This document shows positions 9,019 through 17,959 of a stretch of DNA of 24,761 nucleotides, piece after piece. The stretch lies in the IMG/VR virus record IMGVR_UViG_3300037313_000829, positions 1 to 24,761 of that record, one strand, 5' to 3'. Source of the DNA: a virus (lineage: Duplodnaviria > Caudoviricetes). The position numbers and the translations under genes were made by a program. The notes beneath the pieces were generated by a model. It worked only from the letters and a program-made list of their open reading frames with translations, ran no database searches and was not told the DNA's origin. Position 1 is the first letter of the stretch. Each line of letters opens with the position of its first letter.

Positions 9019-9134
9019 TCGATCGCTTCTATATCTGTCTTGGCATCTTCCTGGTCGGATGGTTTTCCGGTCTTCTCTTCGCCATCGTGCGCATTATTTG
9101 GTTTCCTCATGGCCTCTTCGCTGCAGTTTTTTGA
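9015..9134 (+). CDS. Putative 39-aa single-pass membrane peptide
   Basis: ATGA start/stop overlap with the upstream gene; MIDRFYICLGIFLVGWFSGLLFAIVRIIWFPHGLFAAVF; fills an otherwise empty gap. Confidence 0.5.
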   Translation: MIDRFYICLGIFLVGWFSGLLFAIVRIIWFPHGLFAAVF

Positions 9135-9741
9135 TCGCGAACTTTCGGTCGCGCTGACTGATCTCGACCCGGCGGCGATGCAGAAGGAACTTGCGGCGTT
9201 CGCGCGGCGCAGCGTCGCCGATGTCATCCGCAGCGGCGAGGCGCCGGCGGATTACGAGGTGTTCGTCAACGGCCGGCAGGGAGCGCCGGAAGAGAGCGTC
9301 GAGTTGCCGGGGCCGATCGTCTATGTGTTTTCCAACTGGAAACTGGCGATCGAAACGGCGATCGAGGAATTGCAGAAGCGCGTTCCCCGCCGCACCGGGC
9401 GATATGCTGCATCGTTCGTCGTCCTGGTCGATCAGCGCGTGGTCACGGATTTCAGCAACATCCCCGCAGAGGCAGAGATCGTGATCATGAACAGTGCGCC
9501 CTATACGCGGAAAATGGAAACCGGCGCCAACAAGACCGGGGCGCGGCATTTCGATCTAGCACGGGGCGCGTTCAATCGGCGGTTCTCTGGCGTGTTCAAT
9601 GCGCAGCTGATGTTCCTGAACGTTGCCAGTGGCCTCGTGCCGGGCGTGCCGTGGATACTGAAACGCTCGGGCGGTCGCCGTAAGGATCGGCAAGCCGGAA
9701 TGCCTATCACCTATCCGGCCCTTGTAATTGGGCCTGCCTGA
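9109..9741 (+). CDS. Neck / tail-completion protein (HK97 gp10-like) (210 aa; start moved to ATG 9109)
   Basis: PRRTGRYAASF and IMNSAPYTRKMETG motifs typical of this family; synteny. Confidence 0.7.
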   Translation: MASSLQFFDRELSVALTDLDPAAMQKELAAFARRSVADVIRSGEAPADYEVFVNGRQGAPEESVELPGPIVYVFSNWKLAIETAIEELQKRVPRRTGRYAASFVVLVDQRVVTDFSNIPAEAEIVIMNSAPYTRKMETGANKTGARHFDLARGAFNRRFSGVFNAQLMFLNVASGLVPGVPWILKRSGGRRKDRQAGMPITYPALVIGPA

Positions 9742-10175
9742 TGTCCACGCCAGCCACGTACGACGCCTTCGAGAGCCGGTTGCGAACCGGCTTCACGGCC
9801 ATCAATCTCGTATTCGAGAACGAGTTTGCGCAGCAGCTGCTCGAAACTAAGTTGCCCTTCGTCTATGTCGAAATCTTCGGCGACAGTTACGACCAAGAGA
9901 CCATGGGCGCGCCGCAGCAGAACATGTTCCTTGAGCGCGGCATGACCTATCTGCACGTCATGACGGCCTCGGGGCAGGGAAGTCGGCAGGCGCGCGTCTA
10001 TGCCAACGACCTCTTGAACCTGTTCCGCGAGCAACCGCTCTCCAGCGCCGACGGTACGATCTACATGACCGAGTTTTCGATTGGCATGGGCGAGCCCGGA
10101 GTCGACTTTCCTAATTATTTCGCGACCACGGCCAGCATTACCTGGTATCGTCGCGACATCACCGACCTTACCTGA
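9741..10175 (+). CDS. Tail terminator protein (144 aa)
   Basis: TGATG overlap with the upstream gene; LVFENE, ERGMTYLHV and DLLNLFR pattern; last gene before the tube. Confidence 0.65.
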   Translation: MSTPATYDAFESRLRTGFTAINLVFENEFAQQLLETKLPFVYVEIFGDSYDQETMGAPQQNMFLERGMTYLHVMTASGQGSRQARVYANDLLNLFREQPLSSADGTIYMTEFSIGMGEPGVDFPNYFATTASITWYRRDITDLT

Positions 10176-10248
10176 ATTCCGGCCTAGCCGGTGGCCCTAA
10201 TCGAGCAGTGGGCGCGCTCGCATCAATCCCTTCAGATGGAGCCTCATA

Positions 10249-11178
10249 ATGACGGTAGCTGCCGCATCGCTCACCAGGCTTGCCTACGTCCCGGAAGTGA
10301 CGCCCGGCACAACGCCTGCAACTCCCACCTTTCAAGTCCTGCGGTATCTGAGCTGCGATCCCAAACCAGGAAAGCAGGTTGACGTACCGGATGAAATCCG
10401 CGCCGATGGCAACGTCGCCTCGATCGTTGCTGTGGGCATGTCTCCTGCACTCACCATCCGCGGCGATCTTTCGTATGGCACTTATGATGCACTGTTGGAA
10501 GATGGCCTACGCGGCGCTTTTTCGACAAACGTTTTGGTGAACGGCATCACCGAAACCGCCTTCACGGCAGAGCTCACTTATGAGCAGGGCGCTACTGACA
10601 GTTTCGTCAGGATCGCAGGTTGTCATGTCAATACCATCGACATCGTGGCGGAGGCAAAAAAGTCGGTCACCATCGACTTTGGCATAATGGGCATGAGCGC
10701 TCCTTCTGCAGCGAACGCCATCATCACCGGTGCCACCTATACGGCCGCTACCACGACCCCGGTCATGAACGCTGCCAACGATGTCTCCGCACTGACCATC
10801 ACGGGCGTCACGAATGCGCCCAAGGTGCAGAAGCTGGCAATGAAGATAGACAGCGGCGTCTTCGCCAACAACATCGTTGGCCAGCAGGCTCCCTACAGTC
10901 TCGGTATGGGCATCATCAAGGTGACAGGCTCGATCACGACGCTGTTTGAGAACATCGACACCTACAACGCCATCCTGGCCCACACCGACATTGCGATCTC
11001 GACCACGGTGGGCGCCACGGCCGGCAGCCGTTATACCATCCTCCTGCCCAAGGTGAAGCTCATGGACGGCGGCCCAGTGGTCGGCGGCAACGGTCAGTCG
11101 GTCATCCTCGATGTACCGTTCCAAGCCTATTACGACGCCACCACCGGCGGCTCTATCAAGGTCACGAGGGCAGTCTGA
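10249..11178 (+). CDS. Major tail tube protein (309 aa)
   Basis: RLAYVPEVTPGTTPATP N-terminus, DEIRADGN, VTGSITTLFEN, YTILLPKVK; GGAG SD; followed by chaperones and TMP. Confidence 0.88.
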   Translation: MTVAAASLTRLAYVPEVTPGTTPATPTFQVLRYLSCDPKPGKQVDVPDEIRADGNVASIVAVGMSPALTIRGDLSYGTYDALLEDGLRGAFSTNVLVNGITETAFTAELTYEQGATDSFVRIAGCHVNTIDIVAEAKKSVTIDFGIMGMSAPSAANAIITGATYTAATTTPVMNAANDVSALTITGVTNAPKVQKLAMKIDSGVFANNIVGQQAPYSLGMGIIKVTGSITTLFENIDTYNAILAHTDIAISTTVGATAGSRYTILLPKVKLMDGGPVVGGNGQSVILDVPFQAYYDATTGGSIKVTRAV

Positions 11179-11381
11179 TGGCGAAGGAAGAAGAAGGACT
11201 CGAAACTGTCGTGCCGAAGGTCGACTTCCTGGGTTTCCCTTGGGGCGGCCGCGGCACTCCTTTCAAGGCCGGCGTCGAAAGCGCGCCGCTGCGAAAGAGC
11301 TATGCGCAGTTGCTGCGCGACAAAGGACTGGTGGCCGACAAACCCGCCAAAGCCGACGCCGGCGAGAAATCCAAGGCATAA
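11178..11381 (+). CDS. Small hypothetical phage protein (67 aa)
   Basis: TGATG coupling to the tube gene; codon usage like its neighbours. Confidence 0.65.
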   Translation: MAKEEEGLETVVPKVDFLGFPWGGRGTPFKAGVESAPLRKSYAQLLRDKGLVADKPAKADAGEKSKA

Positions 11382-11385
11382 ACCG

Positions 11386-11413
11386 GGCGGCGGTCGTGTC
11401 GGCGGCCGTCGCC
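11386..11413 (+). other. Hairpin between tube-coupled gene and tail chaperone
   Basis: GGCGGCGGTCG-tgtcgg-CGGCCGTCGCC, 11-bp stem with two G-U pairs; no U-tract. Confidence 0.45.
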
Positions 11414-11438
11414 TAACTCCTCCGACAAGGAAACAAGC

Positions 11439-11912
11439 ATGTCCCCCCTGAAATTCTCCTCCCTCGAAGTTGATATCAAAGCCGAAACCGATGGCGAATG
11501 GATTCCGATCAAGAAATGGATCGGCCTTGACCCGGATGAGCCGTACAGCGTCACTGATCTCCCGGGCATCGAATTCTTCGTCCGCTCGGACAACTACCAG
11601 CCCTACAAGGTTGCGCGGCAGAAGCTTGGCGAAAAGCTCGAAGAGACCAAGAGCGACTATCCCGACGGTATCATCCCCGATGATGTGGCCGATATCGAGC
11701 ACGGTCGCATCATGGCCGAACATCTGCTGCTCGGATGGAAGGGCTTCGACGTCGAATATACGCCTGAGATGGCAATGGCGGCTCTCACCAAGCCTGCCGG
11801 CCGCGTCCATCGGCAGATGGTCATCTTCTGTGCCCGCAAGGTCGGCCGCCGCAAGGCGGAGTTCGACAAGGACGCGGCAAAAAACTTGGGAAAGTCGCGG
11901 CCTGGGCGCTAA
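11439..11912 (+). CDS. Tail assembly chaperone, gpG analogue (157 aa)
   Basis: AAGGA SD; located between tube and TMP; HLLLGWKGF motif; slippery site near the 3' end. Confidence 0.85.
   Translation: MSPLKFSSLEVDIKAETDGEWIPIKKWIGLDPDEPYSVTDLPGIEFFVRSDNYQPYKVARQKLGEKLEETKSDYPDGIIPDDVADIEHGRIMAEHLLLGWKGFDVEYTPEMAMAALTKPAGRVHRQMVIFCARKVGRRKAEFDKDAAKNLGKSRPGR
11879..11885 (+). promoter_or_regulatory. Programmed -1 ribosomal frameshift heptamer A_AAA_AAC
   Basis: GCA AAA AAC is in frame with gpG (X_XXY_YYZ); the -1 frame is open from 11885 to the stop at 12329-12331. Confidence 0.85.
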
Positions 11913-12331
11913 ACCCTGACAGCGACGAACGAAAATACCAAGATTGGATTGATGCCCTTGCCAAGGAAAACCCGGGCAATGCATGGCTGCAGTCGCTTCG
12001 ATCAAGGCACAAAGTCGAGGCATGGCACGACTTCTATTGGCAGGCTTGGCACGCGCTCCGCTATGACCGTGCTTACATCGGCATGACGGGAACGGAAATG
12101 CCGATCTCATTCATGGCGGTGGACGCTTATGCCCGCCGCTACGGGATAACGGGAGACGCCTTCGACCGGCTCCTCCTATTCGTCTCGACAATCGATTTTG
12201 CCTATCTCGACGTCAGCGCCAAGGCAGCCGCAAAGAGAGCCGGCAAACAGCCAACGGCTGAGATTGAAGCACAAGCTTCCGCAGGCGGTCGCCAACCACA
12301 AGATCAACCAAGGGTGAACGGGAATGGCTGA
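11885..12331 (+). CDS. gpT portion of the frameshifted tail chaperone gpGT (fusion about 297 aa)
   Basis: Hand translation LGKVAAWALNPDSDERKYQDW...FYWQAWHALRYDRAYIGMTGTEMPISFMAVDAYARRYGI has no stop; the ORF track shows only the last 82 aa. Confidence 0.82.
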   Translation, partial: LGKVAAWALNPDSDERKYQDWIDALAKENPGNAWLQSLRSRHKVEAWHDFYWQAWHALRYDRAYIGMTGTEMPISFMAVDAYARRYGITGDAFDRLLLFVSTIDFAYLDVSAKAAAKRAGKQPTAEIEAQASAGGRQPQDQPRVNGNG

Positions 12332-15300
12332 ACAGTATCGCGCGCTGTCCATTCGCGCTACCCTTGCGTCTGACGACTATACCCGTGGGGCGCAGGCAAT
12401 CGCTGCCGCCAATCGGGAAATGAGCCAATCGGCCGGGCAGGCCGGCTCCAATGTCGTCCAGTTCGAAACCAAGATATCGAGTGCGGCCGACGGCTTCACG
12501 AAGTTGGTCAACCGCATTGATCCGGCGGCAAAGGCGGCGCGGCAATTCCAGCAGGATTTGCTCACGCTCAACCGGGCGATCGAGACCGGGAAGACATCCG
12601 GCGATGCTGCGGTAAACACCTATGTGTTGCTATCATCGAAGCTCGGCCTCGTTGCCAGCGAAACCCAGATTGCCGAGCAGAACCTTGGCGGTCTGGCACA
12701 GGTTGTCGCTGCTGGCAATGAGCGGATGCTCCAATATGCGGCCACCGTGGATAGGCTTGCGGCGTCGTATCGTGAATTGGCAGCCGAGGCCAGGGCGGCG
12801 CAGGCAGCCGATATCGCCCAAGGCAATTTCAACCGCTTCATGGGTGTGGGCCAGCCGAACGCGTCTGCAGCTTCCTCTGCAGCCGTCTTCGAAGAACAGC
12901 TTCGCCAGCAGGAAGAAGCGCAGCGCCGGGCGGAGCAGATCGCCCAGCTTCGCGCTCAGCAGGCCGGAGGCAACTTTGCGGCCGATGTCAATTCCAGGCT
13001 TGGCGTTAACGGCTTTGGCACCGACGCCAGAGCCTCGGCAGCCGTGTTCGAAGAGGAAGCTCGCGCTGCGGAACAACTGACTGCCCGGGTGACGGCGCTC
13101 AAGGCCGCAATCGATCCGGTTGGCACGTCTTGGGCCGCCATGAATGCGCAGATCGCCGAATATAACGATCTACTGCAGCGCGGCATGATTTCGACCGAGC
13201 AGTTCGCCCAAGCAGAAGCTTTGGCGCGGCAGAGGCATGAGCAGCTAAGCGCTAGCCTTGCCGCCACTCCAGGCGTTGCCAATGACAACAATGCCCAATT
13301 CCGCCGCCAGAACCTCGGTTACCAAGCCTTCGATATCGGCCAGGGGCTTGCCTCGGGATTGCCGTTGCCGATGATCCTGGCGCAGCAGGGTCCGCAGATC
13401 GCCCAGCAATATGCCATGACTGGCGGCATTAAAGCGCTATTGGGAGATGTCGGCACCATTGCCGGCGGCGTGGCATCATCACTTGGCGGCGTTGGGCTTG
13501 CCTTCGCAGCGGCCGGTGCCGCCGCTCTTGGGTTTTACGAAATCACCAAAACCCATTCGCGCGATGCCGCCGATGTACTGAAGCAAGAACAGGATGCGAT
13601 TAAGCGCATTCGTGATCTGTGGGGCGAGGCCGCTGACCAACGTAGCAAGTATGGCCGCGACAGCAGTGCATCAGCATCGTTTGGGCTTGACACTTCAATC
13701 TCCGAGTTGGTGAAGAAGCTCGAATACGAGGCCAAGCCGGGGCTTTTCGGCGGCAACAACATCAGCGCCGCCGTCCTCAATGCAATTACTCGCTATCGCC
13801 CTGACACAGGACTTTCTACCCAGGAATTCCATGGAACCGACCTGTTCAAGAAGCTGCAGACCGATTTCGATAGCTTCTACAAAGATACGCTGAACGGCAA
13901 AGAAACCGTCATCGGGTTTGTGCGCGAACTCGAAGAGATCGGCAAGCGGTCAGATAACGCCGGCATAAAGGCCATCGTTGCTGACGCTGTAGCAGCACTC
14001 AAACCGTACAAAGACCTGGCCGACGCGTTGCGGGAAGCGCGCATCGAACATGACAGGCTGTTCAACGATATCGGCCCATCCGGCTTCCTGCTTTCACAGG
14101 GAACGACCAATACCAGGGACCAGGGCAATTACGACGCCTACTTGCAGGCGCAGAAAGTCTCGCTCGACCGGATGGACGAGCAGTATAGAGCGCAGATCGC
14201 CGAATTGATGGCGCGGTCTCCTGTCGAGAAATCCAACGCGGCACGGCAGACTGCGGAGGCGCAGCATCTCGATGAAGACGCGCCGACAAGGGCGAAGCGC
14301 ATAGAGCTCGCCGCCACGCAGGCTCTGATTGCCGCCGAGCACGATCTTCGCCTGGCCAAGGAAGAGCGCATTCGCCAGTCCGATCAGGAGTTGGCGCGGG
14401 CACAATATGAACTTGGGCTGATCGGCCAATCCGTCGCCGAACGCAATCGCCTGATGGCCGCATATCAGGCCGAAAGCGCCATCCGTGCGCAGGCTGCGCG
14501 TGATCATGTCGCTGCTGACGAAGCTGAAATCGCCTCTGCCAAAAAGAAGGCGGCAGAGATCGCCGACATCAATGCGCAGATTTCCTTGGGCAAGATGTCC
14601 GAGGATCAGGGCTATGACGCGCAGCGGCTGCAACTCGAGGCCAACCTTATCGGCGCCACAGCGGACCAGCGCGCCCGCGCCACGGCGGCGCTGGAGGCGG
14701 AAATCCGACTGAAGCAGCAGGGCATCGACCTCTCCTCGCAGGCGGCGCAGGGCTACATCAATGAAGCGGAAGCACTGGCGCAGGCCCGTGTGCAGATCGA
14801 GCGCCAGCAGGCCGCCTATCAGTCGTGGCAGCAGGCAGGCTCTAGCGCCATCGATACCCTCGTAACCGGCACCGGCTCGCTCAAGGACCGCCTGAAGCAG
14901 ATGGCCAACGACATGTTGACCTGGCTGCAGCAGATGGCGATTGCCAACCCGCTCAAGAATGCATTGTTCAACACCAACTTGCCGACCCTGACCGATCTCT
15001 TCAGCGGCAAGCCGCAAGTGCCGGGTGCCAGCGCCACCAGCACCGCCATGATGAACGTCACGGCGAGTGTTGTGAATTTGAATGGCGGTATTCCTGGTTT
15101 CCCTGCCATACCGGGCGCCAATACTGGAGGGCTTGCTAGCCTCATTGGCGCTCAGACGCCAGCAAACCCGCTTGGTGCCAATTACGTGCGGCCGAGCCTG
15201 CCCGTCGCGGCCAATCAGAACCTGCCGACATTGCCGCTCACGGCTGCAAACCAGAACACACCGGCGAACATGCTTGCCTACCAGCAGGCCATTTCGCGGA

Positions 15301-16211
15301 TCGAAAGCGGCAGTTATGCTGGTAACTACAATATCCTCGGGCCGACCACGCGTACCGGCGATTACGCCGTCGGCCGCTATCAGGTCATGGCCAGCAACGT
15401 TCCAAGCTGGTCGCAGACTTGGTATGGTCAGAAGCTCACAGCAGATCAATTCCGCGCCAACCCGGCGGCGCAGGATGCGGTGTTCAATGGGCAGTTCGGC
15501 TCCTACATCAACCGCTACGGTAACACGAGCGATGCAGCCTCGGCGTGGTTTACCGGCCGGCCGCTGAGCCAGGGCGCCAACGCCTCGGACATCAACGGCA
15601 CCACTGGCAATCAATATGTCAATCAGTTCAACACCAACCTGGCGAAGCTCTCGCAGACCAGTTCGTCTGCGGCAAAGGATGTCAGCACGCTCGGTGACAA
15701 TTCGATGGACGCTGGCAAATCCATTCTCGATGCGTTCAAAGCTCCGGCCGGCCCCACTGCCACCCCGCCCGTTACGCCTCAACTGCCGACCAATTACTTC
15801 CCGCCAGCGCCGACCAGCGGTCTCGGCATAGGCGGTCTATTCTCCAGCCTGTTCAAAGGCATCTTCGGACTCTTCGGCTTTGCCGATGGCACGGATTATG
15901 CCCCCGGCGGGCTGGCGTGGGTTGGCGAGCGTGGCCGGGAATTGGTGCGCATGCCGCGCGGTGCGCAGGTCATCCCGAACCATCGGCTCAATTCAGCCGG
16001 TGGCGGTGGCGGTGGCAGGCTGAAGGTCGAGTTCGTGCATTCCTTCGACCACAACGGCAATTTCGAAACCAAGGTGCGCTCGATCTCTCATGAGGTGGCC
16101 AATGACGTTGCGCCGACGCATGCCGCAGCTGCGGTCGAGGTCTATAACCGCGAAGTGCTGTTCAACCGCATCAGCGAATACCAGGGTGACCAATATGCGC
16201 GGGGTTCGTGA
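12324..16211 (+). CDS. Tail tape measure protein (1295 aa) with internal lysozyme-like domain
   Basis: Ala/Gln-rich helical sequence; lambda-type motif NLGYQAFDIGQGLASG..ILAQQGPQI; hydrophobic segment; C-terminal FADG..GGLAWVGERGRELV motif. Confidence 0.95.
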   Translation: MAEQYRALSIRATLASDDYTRGAQAIAAANREMSQSAGQAGSNVVQFETKISSAADGFTKLVNRIDPAAKAARQFQQDLLTLNRAIETGKTSGDAAVNTYVLLSSKLGLVASETQIAEQNLGGLAQVVAAGNERMLQYAATVDRLAASYRELAAEARAAQAADIAQGNFNRFMGVGQPNASAASSAAVFEEQLRQQEEAQRRAEQIAQLRAQQAGGNFAADVNSRLGVNGFGTDARASAAVFEEEARAAEQLTARVTALKAAIDPVGTSWAAMNAQIAEYNDLLQRGMISTEQFAQAEALARQRHEQLSASLAATPGVANDNNAQFRRQNLGYQAFDIGQGLASGLPLPMILAQQGPQIAQQYAMTGGIKALLGDVGTIAGGVASSLGGVGLAFAAAGAAALGFYEITKTHSRDAADVLKQEQDAIKRIRDLWGEAADQRSKYGRDSSASASFGLDTSISELVKKLEYEAKPGLFGGNNISAAVLNAITRYRPDTGLSTQEFHGTDLFKKLQTDFDSFYKDTLNGKETVIGFVRELEEIGKRSDNAGIKAIVADAVAALKPYKDLADALREARIEHDRLFNDIGPSGFLLSQGTTNTRDQGNYDAYLQAQKVSLDRMDEQYRAQIAELMARSPVEKSNAARQTAEAQHLDEDAPTRAKRIELAATQALIAAEHDLRLAKEERIRQSDQELARAQYELGLIGQSVAERNRLMAAYQAESAIRAQAARDHVAADEAEIASAKKKAAEIADINAQISLGKMSEDQGYDAQRLQLEANLIGATADQRARATAALEAEIRLKQQGIDLSSQAAQGYINEAEALAQARVQIERQQAAYQSWQQAGSSAIDTLVTGTGSLKDRLKQMANDMLTWLQQMAIANPLKNALFNTNLPTLTDLFSGKPQVPGASATSTAMMNVTASVVNLNGGIPGFPAIPGANTGGLASLIGAQTPANPLGANYVRPSLPVAANQNLPTLPLTAANQNTPANMLAYQQAISRIESGSYAGNYNILGPTTRTGDYAVGRYQVMASNVPSWSQTWYGQKLTADQFRANPAAQDAVFNGQFGSYINRYGNTSDAASAWFTGRPLSQGANASDINGTTGNQYVNQFNTNLAKLSQTSSSAAKDVSTLGDNSMDAGKSILDAFKAPAGPTATPPVTPQLPTNYFPPAPTSGLGIGGLFSSLFKGIFGLFGFADGTDYAPGGLAWVGERGRELVRMPRGAQVIPNHRLNSAGGGGGGRLKVEFVHSFDHNGNFETKVRSISHEVANDVAPTHAAAAVEVYNREVLFNRISEYQGDQYARGS

Positions 16212-16214
16212 TCC

Positions 16215-16871
16215 ATGGCGGCGCTGACCTTCCCGCTCGCCTTGGGCGACTTTGCCAATCAGCTGCGCAAGATGACGGTCAAGTTCGACCTTGAATATGC
16301 GCAGGAGCTTTCCGGCCTCGGAGGTGGGCAGATCATCGCCGCCGATCTGGCTCCGGAATTTTGGACCGCCGACGTGGCGCTGATCAACATGACCAATGAC
16401 GACTGGCGCAAGGTGCAGGCCGTGTTCCTGGCGCTCGACGGCAGCATCAACGATTTCTACCTCTACGATCCGCGCTGCGCCTATCCCGCCTACGATCCAG
16501 ATGGAAGCAAGCTCGGCTCGAACACGATCACCATCACCAATGTCGACAGCGCCAAGCAGGTCGATTTGGCCGGCTTCCCGAACAATTATGTGCTGACGCC
16601 GGGCGACATGTTCAGCTTCAGTTATGGAGCAGGCAACGCCTACAAGGCGTTGCATATGGTGGTGCAGGGTGGCACGGCAGGGGTGGGCGGAACAATCTCC
16701 AATGTGGAAATCCGCCCCTATCTGGACGACCCGTCGCTCGCCACGCCCAAGACGATCGATATCATCAAGCCGACATGCCGGATGAAAATCATCCCAGGCT
16801 CGAAGGAAGCCGGCACGGCGCGGCAGATGATCACCACAGGCATGACGTTCCGCTGCAGGCAAATTCCCTGA
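16215..16871 (+). CDS. Distal tail protein (Dit-like) (218 aa)
   Basis: First gene after the TMP; FWTADV, ALDGSINDFYLYDP, LTPGDMFSF, EIRP pattern. Confidence 0.7.
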   Translation: MAALTFPLALGDFANQLRKMTVKFDLEYAQELSGLGGGQIIAADLAPEFWTADVALINMTNDDWRKVQAVFLALDGSINDFYLYDPRCAYPAYDPDGSKLGSNTITITNVDSAKQVDLAGFPNNYVLTPGDMFSFSYGAGNAYKALHMVVQGGTAGVGGTISNVEIRPYLDDPSLATPKTIDIIKPTCRMKIIPGSKEAGTARQMITTGMTFRCRQIP

Positions 16872-16872
16872 A

Positions 16873-17550
16873 ATGACCAAAGACATCGGTATCAATACTT
16901 CCGTTGCTCTGAGCGGGGCGACGACAAAGGGCCTTGTCGTGCGCGATTTCGTGTCGGTGCGCCCTAAGAACCGCTCTACCGGTGATCTCGATTGGCTCTG
17001 CGTCTGGAACGGAAAGGTGCCGGTCACTGCGGCCCTTACCGACCCGAGCGACGGTTCCTCGATCAATCGCGACTTCCAGGCCATGGGTGCGCTGCTGCAA
17101 ATCCAGGCCATACCGGGCAACCTCAATCTCGAGGTCCGCACCATCCGCGTCAAACTGTCGAAACTGCCGATAGCCGTGCTGGACATCTTCCGTTCCTATG
17201 ACGCCCGCATGGCGCCGATCCAGATCCACCGCGGCCTGTTCGATCCTGAGACACGGCAACTTGTCGACCCCGCACTCTGCCGCTTCGATGGTTTCATCAA
17301 CAACGCTCCGATCAGGACGCCGAAAAGCGGCTCCGAAGGTTCGGTCGATGCTGAATGCGTCTCCTATGCCCGCATGCTGACACGGGTGAGCGGCGAACTG
17401 TTTTCCGACGAAGTGCTGAAGAAGCGCAGCGGTGACCGGTTCGGACAGTATCTCGACGTCTCTGGCGATTGGCGCATCTGGTGGGGTCAAGAGGAGAAGG
17501 TTATTGGCGAAAAAAAAGGCCGCAAGCCCGACAAATTCTTCAAGCCGTGA
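16873..17550 (+). CDS. Tail-tip hub / minor tail protein (gpL-position) (225 aa)
   Basis: Synteny Dit-hub-NlpC-tip; IHRGLFDP, FDGFIN and GDRFGQY..IWWG motifs. Confidence 0.65.
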   Translation: MTKDIGINTSVALSGATTKGLVVRDFVSVRPKNRSTGDLDWLCVWNGKVPVTAALTDPSDGSSINRDFQAMGALLQIQAIPGNLNLEVRTIRVKLSKLPIAVLDIFRSYDARMAPIQIHRGLFDPETRQLVDPALCRFDGFINNAPIRTPKSGSEGSVDAECVSYARMLTRVSGELFSDEVLKKRSGDRFGQYLDVSGDWRIWWGQEEKVIGEKKGRKPDKFFKP

Positions 17551-17959
17551 CCTGCAGCGGCTTCCCGACTGGCGATCCCGCCTGGATGCCTATCTCGATT
17601 GGATCGAGGGGCAGGCGTTCGATTGGGAGATCATGTCGTGCGGATTGTTTGCCGCGGGCTGTGTGCAGGCCGTGACCGGCGTGGATTTCGCGCAAGACTA
17701 TGTCGGCGCGGTCAAGGATGCCGAAACGGCGGCCAAGGCGCTTGCCGAGCGCGGCTTCGAAACGATCACCGACCTTGCCGCAGCAAAGCTGCAGGAATGC
17801 CCTGTGTCGAGCCTCAGTATGGGCGATATCGCTTCGGTGGCGCTGAGTACTGGGCCAACGCTCTATCTCGTCTCTGGCCCGTTCCTGACCGGCATAGGCA
17901 GGCGAGGGAAAGTCACCATCCCCCTGACCAAAGCTGACCGCGGCTTCCGCGTCGGCTGA
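17504..17959 (+). CDS. NlpC/P60-like tail assembly protein (gpK-position); start uncertain
   Basis: RLPDWRSRLDAYL..FDWEIMSCGLFAAGCVQAVTGVD..GDIA. It reads on the + strand; the ORF track mislabels it as minus. TTG at 17504 lies 7 nt after GAGGAG. Confidence 0.75.
   Translation: MAKKKAASPTNSSSRDLQRLPDWRSRLDAYLDWIEGQAFDWEIMSCGLFAAGCVQAVTGVDFAQDYVGAVKDAETAAKALAERGFETITDLAAAKLQECPVSSLSMGDIASVALSTGPTLYLVSGPFLTGIGRRGKVTIPLTKADRGFRVG

Noticed and set aside
14094-15782. 562-aa minus-strand ORF (also 1047-2036, 7556-8542, 11130-12110, 15993-17186, 19022-19930, 21443-22780)
   Set aside because: These are antisense shadows of GC-rich + strand genes with no recognisable motifs, and they fully overlap well-supported phage genes.
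17432-17959. ORF-track label of this 175-aa ORF as minus strand with start at 17432
   Set aside because: The listed peptide is the direct + strand translation (GTG ACC GGT TCG...). The first ~24 codons overlap the upstream gene and look spurious.
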